Shown: positions 28,126-39,638, counted from the stretch's first letter. The stretch is DNA of 64,000 bases from Candidatus Hydrogenedentota bacterium (GCA_034669905.1 JAXMOL010000027.1:30511-94510), one strand, 5' to 3'. The notes: generated by a model from the letters alone, not told the origin. Program-made: numbers and translations.

Positions 28126-29942
28126 TCGGTACACCGCTGGACCTGATCGTCATGATTGCCTACTTTGTGCTTGTGGTGGGCTTCGGTGTCTATTTCGGCA
28201 AGTACAGCAGCACGACCAAGGATTTCTACTTTGGCGGTCAGCGTTTCGCCTGGTGGGTCATTGCCTTTTCTGCAACGGCAACCACGGTAGGGAGCTACAG
28301 TTTCGTCAAATACAGCGCAGCGGGCTACAACTATGGCCTGAGTAGCACCCAGTCCTATCTGAACGACTGGTTCTGGGTTCCCATCCTGTTGTTGATTTGG
28401 TTGCCTATCATCTACTTCCAGCGGATCCAGTCGGTCCCGGAATACTTTGAGCGCCGCTTCAGCAAGACGACCCGACTCGTCGCCACCGTCATTATTCTCA
28501 TCTACCTGGTGGGCTATGTGGGCATCAATCTGCTGACCCTGGGCCAGGCGCTCCATACCATGTTGGGCTGGTCCGTCTTTGCCGGTGCCTCCCTGGCCTG
28601 TGTTGCGGTGACCTTTTATGTCTTTGCCGGTGGTCAGACCTCGGTCATCATGACCGATTTGGTACAGGGCATTACCCTGCTGATCGTCGGTGTGGGGATC
28701 TTCCTCGCCGGCGTAGCCCACTTCGGGGGCTTCGTGGACTGGTGGGCCCTTATGCCAGAGAGTCACCGCTACATTTTTTCGGAGTTCAACAAGCCCGACA
28801 AATTCAGCTTTATCGGGGTATACGGTCAGGACGGATTGGCAAACACCGGGGCCTTCGTCCTGATGAATCAGGGTATCATCATGCGCTTCCTCGCCCTGCG
28901 GAGCGTGAAAGATGCGCGGAAAATGTCCATCTGTTGGATTCTGGTCCTGGCTCCCCTGGCGGCGATTACCGTGAGTGGTGGCGGCTGGATTGCGAAGGCG
29001 CTGGTGGAAAATGGGGAGATGGAGACGACCGCCAATGACGCGTTCATTCACGCGGCCCACTTCCTCTGCAGCCCGGGAATTTTTGGCTTCGTATTGGCGG
29101 CGCTCATGGCCGCCCTCATGAGTACGGCGGACACCCTTATCAACGCGTCGAGTGCCGTGTTCGTCAACGACGTTTACCGTCCTTATGTCCGGAAAGAGGC
29201 CCATGATACGCACTATTTGAAGGTGGCCCGGATTTCCAGTCTGAGTGTGGCGGCCATCGGGCTCATGCTCGTGCCCCTCTTCGACGGCGAAACCGTGTAT
29301 CAGGCCCACGCCAAATTCACGGCAGCCATCACGCCCCCCATCGTGGTAGCGATCTTGCTCGGTATCTTGTGGAAGCGATTCAATACCCCGGCGGCCCTGG
29401 CGGCCATGGTGGGTGGTGGTGCCCTGGTATTCTTGTCGACCTTCTCCCCCTTCGACGACATCTTCCTCAAGCCCCTCGCCTTTGGTATGGGTGAAGGAAG
29501 CTACAAGTTCATTCGCGCGGTGTTCGGCCTGTTGGTCAGCGGTGGTCTCGGTATCGTGGTCGCCCTCGCGACCCGGCCCCAGCCGCTGGAGTCAATTGCG
29601 GGACTTATCACCGGCACCCAGCTGCAGGCCATGGAGTTTTTCAAGGGCGGTCCCCTGAATCGCCGGGAGGGCGAAGTGGTCTATGTCCCCGTGCAGACCG
29701 ACACCTCCCTCTCGGGCGACGAAACGGTGTTGGTATCAACGGCCCACATGAAAACCCTCGCGGCGGACGTGGGTGATTTGCTCTATGTCTGTGACCGCCG
29801 GTGGTGGTTCGGTGGCCTCCGAAGCTTCCATACGAAAGCCATGGAAGGGGGACCCGGCGAAACGCTGCGCCTCAGTCCCGAGGCCATGGACCGAGGGCAT
29901 TTCCAGGATGGCGATGTGGTTTACATGGAGAAACAGTTCTAG
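28122..29942 (+). CDS. Sodium:solute symporter (SSS) with a C-terminal soluble extension
   Basis: KDFYFGGQ, SVPEYFERRF, GGQTSVIMTD and LAALMAALMST. Confidence 0.92.
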   Translation: MIGTPLDLIVMIAYFVLVVGFGVYFGKYSSTTKDFYFGGQRFAWWVIAFSATATTVGSYSFVKYSAAGYNYGLSSTQSYLNDWFWVPILLLIWLPIIYFQRIQSVPEYFERRFSKTTRLVATVIILIYLVGYVGINLLTLGQALHTMLGWSVFAGASLACVAVTFYVFAGGQTSVIMTDLVQGITLLIVGVGIFLAGVAHFGGFVDWWALMPESHRYIFSEFNKPDKFSFIGVYGQDGLANTGAFVLMNQGIIMRFLALRSVKDARKMSICWILVLAPLAAITVSGGGWIAKALVENGEMETTANDAFIHAAHFLCSPGIFGFVLAALMAALMSTADTLINASSAVFVNDVYRPYVRKEAHDTHYLKVARISSLSVAAIGLMLVPLFDGETVYQAHAKFTAAITPPIVVAILLGILWKRFNTPAALAAMVGGGALVFLSTFSPFDDIFLKPLAFGMGEGSYKFIRAVFGLLVSGGLGIVVALATRPQPLESIAGLITGTQLQAMEFFKGGPLNRREGEVVYVPVQTDTSLSGDETVLVSTAHMKTLAADVGDLLYVCDRRWWFGGLRSFHTKAMEGGPGETLRLSPEAMDRGHFQDGDVVYMEKQF

Positions 29943-30259
29943 TTCGTGGTGGACTCGGAAGATTATGTGAGCGTCTATCACGGTCCAGATTTACCGGGTG
30001 TTCCTGTGCCACGTTGTAGACGCGGCGCAGGAGGGCGATGCCACGTTACGCGAGGTTTCGTGTGCATGGAGCCCGGTTGACGTAGGGCCAGAGTAAATGA
30101 ATTGATTCGGGCGTCCTTCTATCCCCGTATAGTTGGACGCCCTCATTTCAGGTTCATGGGAAGTAAGTGGGGAGGTATTCTTGTCGATCACACGGTTTGA
30201 TGTCGTTCGTGCCACCCGAACCTTTTTCCGTTCGGGTCGGTTTCGACTCAGGCCATGGA

Positions 30260-31279
30260 CTATGCGTCTGCGATTTTGACGATGAGTTTGCCCTGATTGC
30301 TGCCATCAAAGAGACGCAAGATGGCCTGGGGTGCATTCTCCAGACCATCGACCACGTCTTCCCGGGACTTCAGTTTTCCTTCGCCCAACCACTGGGCGAG
30401 CTGCATGCCGCCTTCCATGGCGCGGTCCAGGTAGTTCGATACGATGAACCCCTCCATACGCGCAGAGCGAATCAGTAGGTTGAGGTAGTTGCTTGGGCCG
30501 GGGGGCATTTCGGTGGTATTGTATTGGGTGATGGCTCCACAGATGACGACCCGCCCCTTGAAATTAATGAGGCCCAGACAGGTGTTCAGGATTTCGCCAC
30601 CCACGTTGTCAAAGTAGACATCGATGCCATCGGGACAGGCCGAGGCGAGGGCTTCGGCGATGTTTTCGGTCTTGTAGTTGATGGCGACGTCATAGCCTAA
30701 CTCGTCGCGGATCCAGGCACATTTTTCGTCGGAGCCGGTGAGCCCGACCACCCGGCACCCTTTTATCTTCGCGATCTGTCCGACAATGGAGCCCACCGCA
30801 CCCGCCGCCGTGGAAACGACCACCGTGTCTCCTTCCTTGGGCTCACCCAAGTCCAGGAGTCCAAAGTAGGCGGTGAGCCCCGTGATCCCCAACACACCGA
30901 GGTGCTTGGTCAGGGGCACGGGCAGTCCCTCGGGGATTTTCATAAGCCGGTCTTCTTTCTTCACGAGGGCATAGTCCTGCCAGCCCCCCAAGCCCCGAAC
31001 CAGGTCGCCCGGTGCGAAGTCGGGATCATTGGAGGCGATTACCTTGGAGATCGTGGCACCCCGCATGGGACTGTTTAGGGGGACCGGGGGCATATAGGAC
31101 TTTCGGTCGGTCATCCATCCGCGCATGGCGGGGTCGAGGGATAGGTAAAGGTTGCGCACGAGGACTTCATTGTCGCCGGGCTGGGGAACGCTCCCCTCCT
31201 CAAAACGAAAATCCGTTGCTTTAATGGCGCCGACGGGGCGGGCAGCGAGGAGTATCTGGCGGTTGACAGTGTCGGTCAT
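30260..31279 (-). CDS. NADP-dependent oxidoreductase (prostaglandin reductase/CurA-like, MDR family)
   Basis: LYLSLDPAMRG, GLTAYFGL, AAGAVGSIVG and YFDNVGG. Confidence 0.93.
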   Translation of the reverse strand: MTDTVNRQILLAARPVGAIKATDFRFEEGSVPQPGDNEVLVRNLYLSLDPAMRGWMTDRKSYMPPVPLNSPMRGATISKVIASNDPDFAPGDLVRGLGGWQDYALVKKEDRLMKIPEGLPVPLTKHLGVLGITGLTAYFGLLDLGEPKEGDTVVVSTAAGAVGSIVGQIAKIKGCRVVGLTGSDEKCAWIRDELGYDVAINYKTENIAEALASACPDGIDVYFDNVGGEILNTCLGLINFKGRVVICGAITQYNTTEMPPGPSNYLNLLIRSARMEGFIVSNYLDRAMEGGMQLAQWLGEGKLKSREDVVDGLENAPQAILRLFDGSNQGKLIVKIADA

Positions 31280-31411
31280 GGTGATTGCTCCAGCAGGGTT
31301 AGGTGTTGTAACGGGTCGTATACTGCGTTGCAGGGTACCATTTAGACCGCCACTGGACCATCCTGGTTCACTCAGGAAGCCTCGCAGGGCCTGAGACGCA
31401 AAACAAACCCC

Positions 31412-31747
31412 TTATTCCTCTTCGTGGGACGGGGATTCCCATTCATTGCATACGGTGTTATCGGCCAGGGGAACCTTTGCCAGGAGGGAGGCCCGGGACA
31501 AGACATGGCCGACGATGGGCGCGGTGACCCCCAGGAAGAGGGCCACAAGCAGTGCTCGGACGCGGATGGCCGGGTCGTCGAAGTGCAGGGTCAGGGCGAT
31601 CAGGCTGGAGATTACCCCGATAGCGCCGGCTTTGGTTGCGGCGTGCATCCGGAGGAAGACGTCAGGAAAGCGCACCAACCCGATGGCCGCGATGAGGGTA
31701 AAGATGCCGGAAATCCAGAGCAGTGCGGCGATGAGATAAGCAGTCAT
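31412..31747 (-). CDS. mnhG: Multisubunit Na+/H+ antiporter subunit G
   Basis: GLVRFPDVFLRMHAATKAG and TAPIVGH. Confidence 0.92.
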   Translation of the reverse strand: MTAYLIAALLWISGIFTLIAAIGLVRFPDVFLRMHAATKAGAIGVISSLIALTLHFDDPAIRVRALLVALFLGVTAPIVGHVLSRASLLAKVPLADNTVCNEWESPSHEEE

Positions 31748-32013
31748 TCTCCCGCTCCTTTTTGAATGTACATGGCAAAGGCCACACTGCCGACGAAGCC
31801 GACCAGGGCCGCCACGATGGCCACGCTCAGGAAATAAGATGCCCCGCTGGTGATCGCGTCTACCACAATCATCCCGATAAGGCAGGTCGAAATAAAATCG
31901 AGGGCCACGACCCGGTCTGACAAGGTGGGGCCTTTGACGAGGCGCCACAGGGCCAGCAGCAGGGCGGTGCCGTAGAGCATCAGGACGCCATGTGTGGTTA
32001 TCGTTTCCAGCAT
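31744..32013 (-). CDS. mnhF: Multisubunit Na+/H+ antiporter subunit F
   Basis: RLVKGPTLSDRVVALD. Confidence 0.92.
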   Translation of the reverse strand: MLETITTHGVLMLYGTALLLALWRLVKGPTLSDRVVALDFISTCLIGMIVVDAITSGASYFLSVAIVAALVGFVGSVAFAMYIQKGAGE

Positions 32014-32025
32014 CGAAACCTTTCC

Positions 32026-32499
32026 TTAATCAAAGAGCCGCATGAGCCGGGCTTCCAGGCCTTCTTTAATATCTTTGCGCACGGCCTCGGGACTTTCCAT
32101 GTCGAGGACGTGGACATAGAGTATGCGGCCGTCGGGCGACAGGTCGATACTCATGGTGCCTGGCGTGAGGGTTACCGCATTGGCCAAGAGCGTATGCTCG
32201 GCGACGCTTCGTGTGTCGAGTGGCACGGCGACGATCCCCGGGCGGAGTTTTCGAAAGGGCCAGAGGGTTGCACCGGCCACGTCGAGGGCGCCGACAATTA
32301 CTTCCTTTACGAAATAGAGGAAAAAGGCGACGGCGTAGTACACCTTATTCCGGTAGGCCCGACTCTGAATGATTTCCGGTTGGGCACTCAGGATCGCGTA
32401 GCCCACCAGAAAGCCAATGACGAAGTTACCCGTGCTCAAGGTGCCCGATGCGGCGCACCAGGTGGCCGCCAGGAGAATATTGATGGAGAGGGACTTCAT
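32026..32499 (-). CDS. mnhE: Multisubunit Na+/H+ antiporter subunit E
   Basis: PGIVAVPL and LANAVTLTPGT. Confidence 0.93.
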   Translation of the reverse strand: MKSLSINILLAATWCAASGTLSTGNFVIGFLVGYAILSAQPEIIQSRAYRNKVYYAVAFFLYFVKEVIVGALDVAGATLWPFRKLRPGIVAVPLDTRSVAEHTLLANAVTLTPGTMSIDLSPDGRILYVHVLDMESPEAVRKDIKEGLEARLMRLFD

Positions 32500-33998
32500 G
32501 ACACGTCTCCCAATACGGCAGCGATATAGGCCGCCGGATCCAGAAGTTGGGTCGCCGTCGTCAGGGCAAGGTCAAAGAGGGGCATGGCCAAGACGGAAAG
32601 TAGAACACTGAAACTGGCAAGGGCCACACAGGGCAGGACCATGCCTCTCATCCGTGACGCCGAAAGGGGACGTTCTTTCAGGGCATCGTCCCCGTCCGCA
32701 GGGGCACTTTTCCAAAAGGCCTCATTCCATATTTTGGTCATGGAATAGAGGGTCAGCATGCTGACCACCAGTGATACCCCCACCGTAATATAGGCGCTTT
32801 CGTCCAGGCCCGCGCGTAGAAGGGCCAACTTGGAGATAAATCCGGAGAAAGGCGGCAGCCCGGCGAGCGACATGGCGGGTATAGCAAATAGAAACGCCAG
32901 TCCCGGGTGGAGTCGCATGAAGGAACCGAGTTGCTTAAGGTCGCTGGTACCACGGAGATACCAGGTGATGGCACTGATCACAAACAGGGCGCCTTTGGCG
33001 GCCATAACGTGTACGAGGAAGAAAAGCGTGGCGGCGAGTCCGGATACGGAGAAAAGGGCCAGGCCGAAAATCAGGTAGCCTATCTGGCTCACGATGTGAA
33101 AAGAAAGGAGGCGCCGAAAGTCATACTGGGCAACGGCCCCCAGCACGCCTGTGGCCATCGTCAGGGCGGCCACCGTGAGGAGGATGGGCTGGAAGTAGGC
33201 CTGCTCTGTGGCGAAGAGGAGCGTGTTGGTGCGGATGAGGGCGTAAATGCCCACCTTGGTCAGCAAGGCGGAAAAGAGGGTGGTCACCGCATGGGGCGGC
33301 GTGTGGTAGGAAGCGGGCAGCCAGGAGAACAGGGGGAAGGCACCGGCCTTGATACCGAAGGCAATCATCAGCATAGCGCCCGCCGCCTGTTTGAGGGGGG
33401 CATTGTCTAACGACGGAAGACGGACCGCGAGATCGGCCATGTTGAGTGTTCCGGTTTTGCCATAGATGATACCCACCGCCGAAAGAAAGATAACCGATCC
33501 GAGCAGGTTCATCGTGACATATTTCACGGCTCCATCCAGCTGATCACGGTTTCCGCCCAACACGATCAGGACAAAGGAGGCGATGAGCAGGACTTCGAAC
33601 CAGACGTAGAGATTGAAGAGATCGCCGGTGAGAAAGGCCCCGTTGACGCCCGCTATCAGCACATAATATAAGAAGAAATAGCCGTCGCGCAGACGCCGTG
33701 CTTCGATGGTGACCACCGAGAAAAGGGACAGGAGCAGGGCGATGATTCCGGTCATGAGCACCATGGTCGCGGCGAGGCCGTCGGCCACCAAGGTGATGCC
33801 ATAGGGAGCGGTCCAATTGCCCACGTGGAGCACCTCGATATGATCGGGGTAGACTTTCCATGCCACGGCCAGCGAGGCCAGCAGCAGGACTACACCGCCG
33901 AAAACGCCCAGGGCGCGCTGGGCTCTCGGGTGGGCCGTCACGCCGGCGCAGAGGGCGGCCAGGGCCAGGGGAATTATGATGGGGAGGGTGAGGAGCAA
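32496..33998 (-). CDS. mnhD: Multisubunit Na+/H+ antiporter subunit D
   Basis: GDLFNLYVWFEV, WLPASY and HIVSQIGY. Confidence 0.94.
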   Translation of the reverse strand: MLLTLPIIIPLALAALCAGVTAHPRAQRALGVFGGVVLLLASLAVAWKVYPDHIEVLHVGNWTAPYGITLVADGLAATMVLMTGIIALLLSLFSVVTIEARRLRDGYFFLYYVLIAGVNGAFLTGDLFNLYVWFEVLLIASFVLIVLGGNRDQLDGAVKYVTMNLLGSVIFLSAVGIIYGKTGTLNMADLAVRLPSLDNAPLKQAAGAMLMIAFGIKAGAFPLFSWLPASYHTPPHAVTTLFSALLTKVGIYALIRTNTLLFATEQAYFQPILLTVAALTMATGVLGAVAQYDFRRLLSFHIVSQIGYLIFGLALFSVSGLAATLFFLVHVMAAKGALFVISAITWYLRGTSDLKQLGSFMRLHPGLAFLFAIPAMSLAGLPPFSGFISKLALLRAGLDESAYITVGVSLVVSMLTLYSMTKIWNEAFWKSAPADGDDALKERPLSASRMRGMVLPCVALASFSVLLSVLAMPLFDLALTTATQLLDPAAYIAAVLGDVS

Positions 33999-34016
33999 GT
34001 ACGGGAATCCTTTATC

Positions 34017-34364
34017 TCAACGTTCCGTGCCGTGTAGTTCGTCAATATCATCAGAACCCAACACATCGAAGGCCCGCCGAAAGAGCACGAGGGCAAAGGC
34101 CGCCACACCAAAGCTGATCACGATGGCGGTGAGCACCAGGGCCTGGGGGATGGGGTCGGCACTGCCCGCGGGGGGCGCGATCATCGATTCCTGCACCAGC
34201 GGTGCGGGGCCCCGAACGATTCCGGCCGAGGTGAATACCAGCAGGTTGGCGGCGTGCCCCAGGAGCATGAGTCCGAGGATGATTTTCAGGAAGCTTCGGC
34301 GCATCAGCAGGTAGAAGCCACATCCGAAGAGTACGGCGATAAGGAAAACCAGGCTAAGCTGCAT
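34017..34364 (-). CDS. mnhC: Multisubunit Na+/H+ antiporter subunit C
   Basis: [17 protein letters not shown]. Confidence 0.94.
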   Translation of the reverse strand: MQLSLVFLIAVLFGCGFYLLMRRSFLKIILGLMLLGHAANLLVFTSAGIVRGPAPLVQESMIAPPAGSADPIPQALVLTAIVISFGVAAFALVLFRRAFDVLGSDDIDELHGTER

Positions 34365-34779
34365 GGCGTTTCTCCAACATGGAAAAGGTGATGGACAGGA
34401 CCACACCGGCAACGACCAGGTAGACGCCCAGGTCGAAGACGAGCGGTGTGCCGACCTTTACCTCGCCCACCAGGGGGAGGGCAACGGTGCCCCACTCTCC
34501 CGTGAGGAAGGGGCGGCCAAACCAGACACTTATCATGCCGCTCAGCAGACTGGTCGCCAGCCCGAGGGCAATCATCGTCTCGGGGGGAATTCGGACTGCG
34601 CGGCGGGCCGATGCCACGTTGCGTGCCAGGGCGTGGAGGATAAAGGCCGTGGCGGCCAGCAAGCCACCGACGAATCCACCGCCGGGCTCGTTGTGTCCGT
34701 GGAGCAATAGCAAGACGGATAAGAGTAGCATGATGGCCTTGATGATATGGGACCAGTAATAAAGCAGGGTGGAGTTCAT
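34354..34779 (-). CDS. mnhB: Multisubunit Na+/H+ antiporter subunit B
   Basis: [13 protein letters not shown] and FDLGVYLVV. Confidence 0.94.
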   Translation of the reverse strand: MNSTLLYYWSHIIKAIMLLLSVLLLLHGHNEPGGGFVGGLLAATAFILHALARNVASARRAVRIPPETMIALGLATSLLSGMISVWFGRPFLTGEWGTVALPLVGEVKVGTPLVFDLGVYLVVAGVVLSITFSMLEKRHAA

Positions 34780-37082
34780 GAGGTGCCCTTTCGCTTCGTC
34801 CGTTGCCGCAAGAGGGCACGGGCGCCGAAGGCGGCGACGGCCAAGACCGTGATTTCCCCCAAGGTATCCAGGGCACGAAAATCGACCAGTATCACATTGA
34901 CGATATTGCGTCCGTGGGCCAACTCGAGGCTGTTCTGCCGGTAGAAGGTGGCCACGGGCTGGGTCTGGTCCGAGGCCAGGGTGCTATAGACGAGTACGCC
35001 CAGCAGCAATCCGGCAAGGGCGGCGATAAAGCCATCGCGCCGTCGTACGGCCTTGGGGGTCAGGGCCTTGAAGTCGGGCATCGCGGCGGCCAACAGGGCG
35101 AAGAAAACCACCGTAAGCGACTCCACGATAATCTGGGTTTTTGCCAGGTCGGGGGCGCCATAGTACACATAGAGCAAGGCCATGCCATAGCCCACCACTC
35201 CCAGACAGGCGAGGGCACCGAATCGGGACTGGACCCGGGTCAGGGCCAGGGCAGCCAGCGCGATGAGGGCTACGATCAGTAATTCGTAAGCCCGCACGGG
35301 CACGGACTCAAAGGCATCCTGCCGTACCTCGAGCTGGAGGGCACCGGCGACCGCCGCAATGAGGCATACGACCACGAGCAGCAGGTAGTAACGCAGGTAG
35401 CCATGTTGTATGAGCCGCGTCTGGCTTCGTGAGAACCAGAGCATGGCGGAGACTGTACGATGATAGAGCGATTCGGGACCTATCGCGTTCAAGCAATGAA
35501 GGGGACGGGTTATACGATGCCAGAAGTGTCGCAGCAGAATCAGGGTGAGTCCCAGGACCAAGGTGGCAATACTCAAGAGCAGGGCGACGTTGATACCATG
35601 CCAGAGGGCCAACTTGAAGGTTAAGTCGGATCCCAGCACTTTCGTGCCTCCGGGGGCGAGGATGTGCTCTCCGAGCACGTGGGGGTAGAGCCCGGACAAT
35701 AGCCCGAGGAAGCCAAGAATTATCGGGCCGAGCCAGAGTCCCAGTGGAATCGTATGTCGGGAGGGGGCAGGCGCCTCCTTATCCCGCCGCCAGAAGGGAA
35801 TGAGCCCCATGACCACGGCGACATAGACGTTGGATACATTGCCGAGTACGGCGGCAAGCACCAGTGCCTGGGTGGCTACGGGCGCGTAGAGCATGGCCTC
35901 ATAGACGCTTTCTTTCCCCACGAAGCCCAGCATGGGCGGCAGGCCGGCCATGGAAAGGCTGGCGCAAAGGGCGGCGAAGGCCGTGAAAGGCAGGGCCGAA
36001 GCCAGTCCGCGGAGCCGCTCCACCTGGGTCTCGTGAAGGGCATGAATGACTGTACCAGCGACCATAAAGAGGGCTGCTTTGTAAAAGGCGTGGACGAAGA
36101 GAAAGACTTTGAAGGCCTTAATGGCCAGGGGAGTTCCGAGGCCCAGGCAGAGGACGAGCGTGCCCAGGGCACAGATGGTGGAATAGGCGAGCATGGGCTT
36201 CAGTTCGGATTGCTGGATGGCCAGCCAGCCGCCCACGAGCATGGTGGCGGTGCCCAGACCGACGAGGAGCCAGAACCACAACGCCGTATCGCCAAGTGCG
36301 GGACTGAGTCGTGCGAGGAGGTAGATGCCAGCTTTTACCATGGTGGAGCTGTGCAGATAGGCGCTGGCGGGTGTGGGGGCGGCCATGGCATTGGGCAGCC
36401 AGAAGTGAAAGGGGAACTGGGCCGATTTGGTTGCGGCGCCTGCCACAATCAAGAGGACGATGGCCACATAATGGGGGGAGTCGGCAAGGCCTGCGGTCGT
36501 AATGATGGCACTCAGCTCAAAGGAGCCTGCGGCATTGCCGAGCAGGATGAGCCCGGCCAGGAGAGCGAGCCCGCCTGCCCCCGTGGTCAAGAGGGCCTGC
36601 AGGCTGGCATTGCGGGCGGATTCCTTTTGGTGCTCAAAGCCGATGAGCAGATAGGACGCGAGGCTGGTCAGTTCCCAGAAGACAAAAAGCAGCAGGATAT
36701 TGTCTGCAAAGACGACACCGAGCATGGCCCCCATAAACAGGAGCAGGAAGGCCATGAAGCGCCCACACCGCGGGTCACCACGAAAATAGGCCTCGGTATA
36801 CAGGCAAATCAACGCGCCAATACCTGTGATAAGGATGCCGAATGCGATACTCAGGCCATCCAGACGGAAGGAAAGGGAGAGGCCCAATGCCGGAAGCCAG
36901 TCCACCCGGGCCAACTGGGCAGAACCTTCCGCATCCAACTGCAGGAGCGAGTAGAGTAAATAGAAAAACGCACTGGCAGGGATGGTCGCGACAAGCCAAC
37001 CGAATCCCCTACCGGAGTGGCGAGCGAGGCCAGGGCATGCGAGGGCGCCGACCACGGGAGCTAGAATTATCAGGAAAATCAT
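34776..37082 (-). CDS. mnhA: Multisubunit Na+/H+ antiporter subunit A
   Basis: [27 protein letters not shown] and [18 protein letters not shown]. Confidence 0.95.
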   Translation of the reverse strand: MIFLIILAPVVGALACPGLARHSGRGFGWLVATIPASAFFYLLYSLLQLDAEGSAQLARVDWLPALGLSLSFRLDGLSIAFGILITGIGALICLYTEAYFRGDPRCGRFMAFLLLFMGAMLGVVFADNILLLFVFWELTSLASYLLIGFEHQKESARNASLQALLTTGAGGLALLAGLILLGNAAGSFELSAIITTAGLADSPHYVAIVLLIVAGAATKSAQFPFHFWLPNAMAAPTPASAYLHSSTMVKAGIYLLARLSPALGDTALWFWLLVGLGTATMLVGGWLAIQQSELKPMLAYSTICALGTLVLCLGLGTPLAIKAFKVFLFVHAFYKAALFMVAGTVIHALHETQVERLRGLASALPFTAFAALCASLSMAGLPPMLGFVGKESVYEAMLYAPVATQALVLAAVLGNVSNVYVAVVMGLIPFWRRDKEAPAPSRHTIPLGLWLGPIILGFLGLLSGLYPHVLGEHILAPGGTKVLGSDLTFKLALWHGINVALLLSIATLVLGLTLILLRHFWHRITRPLHCLNAIGPESLYHRTVSAMLWFSRSQTRLIQHGYLRYYLLLVVVCLIAAVAGALQLEVRQDAFESVPVRAYELLIVALIALAALALTRVQSRFGALACLGVVGYGMALLYVYYGAPDLAKTQIIVESLTVVFFALLAAAMPDFKALTPKAVRRRDGFIAALAGLLLGVLVYSTLASDQTQPVATFYRQNSLELAHGRNIVNVILVDFRALDTLGEITVLAVAAFGARALLRQRTKRKGTS

Positions 37083-37315
37083 CGTGCCTGTAGTTATACC
37101 ATACCGTCGTGGGCGTTTTTTTTAGATTTAAGGAGGGGCCGCCAATCGAGGGGCCGTGATGCGTTTACCGATACGCTGTAGTTCTCCTACAACGAATCGT
37201 CCTCCTTTATTCACGACGGGGGTCAATTCATTTCGGGGGTGGAAGACTTTCGGTAGCGGGCATTTCGGTGCAGGGGCGCTGCCGGGGCCCCCGACGGGCA
37301 TCTCTGGGGGGCTTA

Positions 37316-39139
37316 CTATTCGCGCGTTGACTTGAATGTCTGCTTGTGGATGCGGGCTACTTCCACTTTCGATAAGCCCAGGATGCGGGCGGCCCGTTCG
37401 GCGTCTCCATCGCATTGGCGTACCACCGCCGCAATAAGGGTCTGCTCGGCATGTTCCAACGGGTCGAGACTTACTTCAGCGATACCGTGCTCCTGGGATT
37501 CACTATCGCTCAGATCTTCGCTCTCTATCCAGCTGCCCTTGCCTTGCCGGGCTGCACGGGTGATGGTCGCCTGCAACTCTGCCGCGTTTCCCCAGAGGGG
37601 CAGTTCCTCCAGGTATCCCAACGCATCTTCGGTGAGTCCTTCGACGCTGCGCGGTGCCCGTTTTCGCTCGTTATGGAGGAAGTGCTGTGCCAAGGCGCGG
37701 ATATCGGCCCTGCGATGGCGGAGCGGGGGGATCTGGAGGCGAATGCGGCTGAGGGCCTTCACCAGGTCGCCCCGAAACTTCCCGTCGGTTACCAGGGACT
37801 CCAACTCAACCCGGCTCGTCGTGATGACCCGCCCGTGAAAGGAGACTTCGCCGGTACTCCCGAGCCGAGCGAAGGTGCGTTGCGCCAACGTGCGCGAGAG
37901 CAATTGTTGGTTTTCCAGCGTCAGGGCACCCACTTCGCGCAGTATGAGTGTGCCGCCGTTGGCCTGATCCAACAGCCCCGCATCAATGATGCGTCCACTG
38001 GATTCGGTGGGACGTTCTTCCCCGAGGAGGGTGCGGGCGAAGGGCGGGCCCGCGATCGTTTCACAGTTGGCGGTGATTAACGGACCCCGTGGTACGGGAC
38101 TCTGGTGATGGATCATGCGGGCTGCCAGCACTTTTCCCGTGCCCCGTTCGCCGACTATCAGCGTGGTGAGGCGGGTTTGTGCGGCCGAACGGATTTCGGC
38201 GCGCAATGCCGAGGCACCCAGACTACGTCCCAAAAACCCGATCCGCTCGTCTTCCGGGATGAGTGAGACTTCGTCGGGTGTGCTGTCACCGTCGGAAGCC
38301 GCGATGGGATGAAGACCCGCCACACTGGCGACCGCATTGAGCCGGGCCAGGTCCGTTTCTTCCAAGACGGCTTCCCTCAATGCGGCCCGGAGTACGAAGG
38401 CACCCAGAACACCGTCGACGGTGCGAATTGGAGAGACGCAGATCTGCTGGGCGGCCTGAAAAGCGTGCTTGCGATCAAATTTCAAGAGGCTGCGCCCACC
38501 GCCCAGTACCTTGGCGACCTGCTTCAGGATTCTATCAGGTAAAACTTCCCCTTTGGGATAGATGTCGAGGGCTTGCGCCTGGCTACCGAGGCATACATGC
38601 ACCCGAACGCCGACGGGAAACAGATCCTGGATGCACTGGATGCAGTTTGCCGCATAATCGTGGGTGGAGCGGGTTCGATTGAGTTGACGACTCAGCTGAT
38701 AAAGGCGCACCATTTCCTGGGCGGATGCGGGGTATTCGAAATGGGCTTCTTTCGGGTCGTCACTGTCGAGTGAGATCGTGGTACTCAGTGATTGGGTGGT
38801 ATTGTCCGTGCGCGGCCGCGCGGTGTTGGACCCCGAAGCATCGGTTACAACCGACTGGGTAACGATGAAGACGTCGTTTCCCAGGGAGATCTCGTCGCCT
38901 ACGGACAGGGGACAGCGCTTCGCGATGCGCCCATTGACCAGGGTGACGTTTCGGCTTCCCAGATCACGAAAGTATAGTCCCGTTCCGTCAAAGGTGATTT
39001 CGCAGTGTCGCCGGGATACGGTGGGATCGTTGATGCTGATGTCGCAACTCAGACTGCGGCCCAGGGTTACGGGCTGCTCTCCGACGGACCAACTGACGCC
39101 GCGCCGGGTGCCTGTTTTTGCTGTGATCTGCCACGTCAT
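37316..39139 (-). CDS. FHA + GAF-like + sigma54-activator-like AAA+ + HTH regulator with degenerate catalytic motifs
   Basis: FHA (LGRS...VSRRH...DLGSRNVTLVNG), Walker A GERGTGK, IPPLRHRRADI, WGNAAEL and a Fis-type HTH (AARILGLS). Confidence 0.85.
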   Translation of the reverse strand: MTWQITAKTGTRRGVSWSVGEQPVTLGRSLSCDISINDPTVSRRHCEITFDGTGLYFRDLGSRNVTLVNGRIAKRCPLSVGDEISLGNDVFIVTQSVVTDASGSNTARPRTDNTTQSLSTTISLDSDDPKEAHFEYPASAQEMVRLYQLSRQLNRTRSTHDYAANCIQCIQDLFPVGVRVHVCLGSQAQALDIYPKGEVLPDRILKQVAKVLGGGRSLLKFDRKHAFQAAQQICVSPIRTVDGVLGAFVLRAALREAVLEETDLARLNAVASVAGLHPIAASDGDSTPDEVSLIPEDERIGFLGRSLGASALRAEIRSAAQTRLTTLIVGERGTGKVLAARMIHHQSPVPRGPLITANCETIAGPPFARTLLGEERPTESSGRIIDAGLLDQANGGTLILREVGALTLENQQLLSRTLAQRTFARLGSTGEVSFHGRVITTSRVELESLVTDGKFRGDLVKALSRIRLQIPPLRHRRADIRALAQHFLHNERKRAPRSVEGLTEDALGYLEELPLWGNAAELQATITRAARQGKGSWIESEDLSDSESQEHGIAEVSLDPLEHAEQTLIAAVVRQCDGDAERAARILGLSKVEVARIHKQTFKSTRE

Positions 39140-39638
39140 GTTAGATACCCCACCTGCCCGGCTGCCGATTTGGATGCCCTTGTTGTTGTGTTATTCCCCG
39201 GTTTGGAGATACGTCAGTACCTGACGACGTATGTGTATATTTCCGATATGCGGTGCTTGCTTCACCTGGAGAACGGGAGGGTTTGGCGAATCCCCGCGCG
39301 ACGACAGGACGGATAGAAGTTCCACAGCCCATAAGGGCCACCAAGTACGAAGTACGGAACGGAAGTTGAGAGGGGCCAGCCAAAACAGGGAGCCCCGACA
39401 TGAAAAAAACGATACGGTAGCCCCTGGGAGGCGGCCATACCGACGCCCCGACCTGCACGTCGCGTTCTGTACTCAATTCGAACATAACTGTCCTGATTCA
39501 GGACCGCCCGTCCACCCGCCAAACTTACCTGTCCCCTATTGTAGACCGCTGACGCCCAAGGTGCAAGTACTATCTCACTGACGGGGTAGCAAAGGGGCAG
39601 ACGGCAGCTTGCGATGGGGGAGCGTGGAATTTCGGGGG

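Noticed and set aside
29943..30259. Possible small ORF or ncRNA between convergent genes
   Set aside because: Only short hairpins (gggcgtcc/ggacgccc and acccgaac/gttcgggt) and ORFs with no coding signal; not enough support.
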